Positions 62,909-64,000 of a DNA stretch of 64,000 nucleotides are shown here, piece after piece; position 1 is the stretch's first letter, and the number at the start of each line of letters is the position of its first letter. The stretch lies in assembly GCA_964106645.2 (NCBI GenBank), contig OZ067039.1; one strand, written 5' to 3'. The notes beneath the pieces were generated by a model. The model worked only from the letters and a program-made list of their open reading frames with translations, searched no databases and was not told the DNA's origin. This stretch comes from Podarcis pityusensis. Lineage: Eukaryota. The position numbers and the translations under genes were made by a program.

Positions 62909-64000
62909 TGAAGGGGAACTGCAGTAATACACAAAGCAAAATAGATAAGGAATTTTGAGAGAAGCCAAAACAGCTCTGCTAAACCGCAGTTATATTTTTT
63001 CAAAGTTTCCTTAAATCTCTAGGATGTCACCGGATTTTGCCTAAAGTGAAATTCAGAACAGTTTTTGAGGCTTTTGCTCTTGGTGAAACATCTGAGGGAC
63101 TGCAATGAAAGTGCGGGGCGGGGGGGTTAGTTTCAGTAAGGCTAATTAAGTTCCTCAGAGGGGATTCTGCACATTCCTAGCCCTATGGAAGCAATTGTTT
63201 GATTTTATTAATCCCATCACTGGTGGTGAAGAGAGCCGACCTCAAATTTAAAAATGCCTGCTCCTTGGGTGGGACCTAGCACAGTTTGGCAGGGCTGGGG
63301 GTGTGGTATATAAAAGCAGAAAATAAGAACTCTTTGTTCAGCCAAGTTATCATTGAGAAGGCATTGCTCCATTTTACTGCTAAGCAATATATTGACTGAG
63401 GGAGAAATACTTTTCCATTACCAGTTAATGAATCAATGCTAGGAAATTCCAAGTACAAATACAAGAAGCTCTTGTTTATTCTTATCAGTAACATTTCACA
63501 GCGGGGCTGAGCAATATAATTGATATAACTGATCATATGCAGAGTGACTTTCCCTAATGCAAACAGCAACCCATCATTACAAACTTTACTTTTTAGTTCT
63601 TTCTCACAGGGCCAAACTAATGTGATATTATTCATGTAAATAGCAATTGTACTGTGTTCGTAACCATGGAGGCAGATTAAAAATTATTGTTCTACACATA
63701 TCCTTGCATGTGGCATGCATTGAAACCAGCCTGATTTGTTTGTGAGACAAAACAGTGAAAGAGGAAAATAATAATGGAGGATTTCTAATTAGGTAGCCGA
63801 GAGAGAGCAATCTTGTACTCCAGTTAGGTACCAAGAAGGGGAGGCGATAGTCTGTGTTTACTCTGGTGGAATCGACCACCATATATGCCTGCTCAGATGA
63901 GGAGAGTGAAAACATCCCACCAGAACATACACACAGAAGTTGAAAAATGGCAGACATGCCATTAATCACAATTCACTATCCCTTAGCCTCAGGGTTGCTG

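Larger units (their letters stand above)
18348..64000 (+). other. PLXNA1: PLXNA1 very long intron (>45 kb, continues past the window)
   Basis: Starts at GTAGGG. I saw no downstream plexin exon (expected to begin roughly ILVD...) in the ORF track or by eye. A short exon could have been missed. Confidence 0.75.

Noticed and set aside
1-64000. CRISPR arrays, operons, or prokaryotic/viral systems
   Set aside because: No regularly spaced repeat-spacer structure and no dense ORF packing. The sequence is a spliced vertebrate gene with transposon debris.

Overview
Eukaryotic genomic DNA from a vertebrate, most likely a squamate. The repeat families point to a lacertid lizard. The window lies inside a class-A plexin gene on the + strand, best matching PLXNA1. 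It holds the 3' part of the large Sema-domain exon (<1-361), a 17.8-kb intron, a 183-nt phase-0/0 exon (18165-18347), and an intron that runs at least 45 kb to the window end. I could not find the next exon. The other ORF-track entries are chance ORFs or transposon remnants. The introns are full of squamate transposable elements: L2, CR1 and L1 fragments, Squam3-like and SINE2-like SINEs, an RTE/Vingi-like retroposon, and hAT, Tc1/mariner-pogo and other MITEs, many with readable TIRs and TSDs and several nested. I see no convincing new multi-gene system. The best leads are a three-layer nested SINE<hAT<L2 element that makes a chimeric 207-aa ORF, two MITE-borne pre-miRNA-like hairpins, five RFX X-box-like motifs, a candidate recursive-splice/microexon site, a template-switch palindrome, and possible truncated or circular plexin isoforms. 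Family names come from recognition by memory, not database searches.
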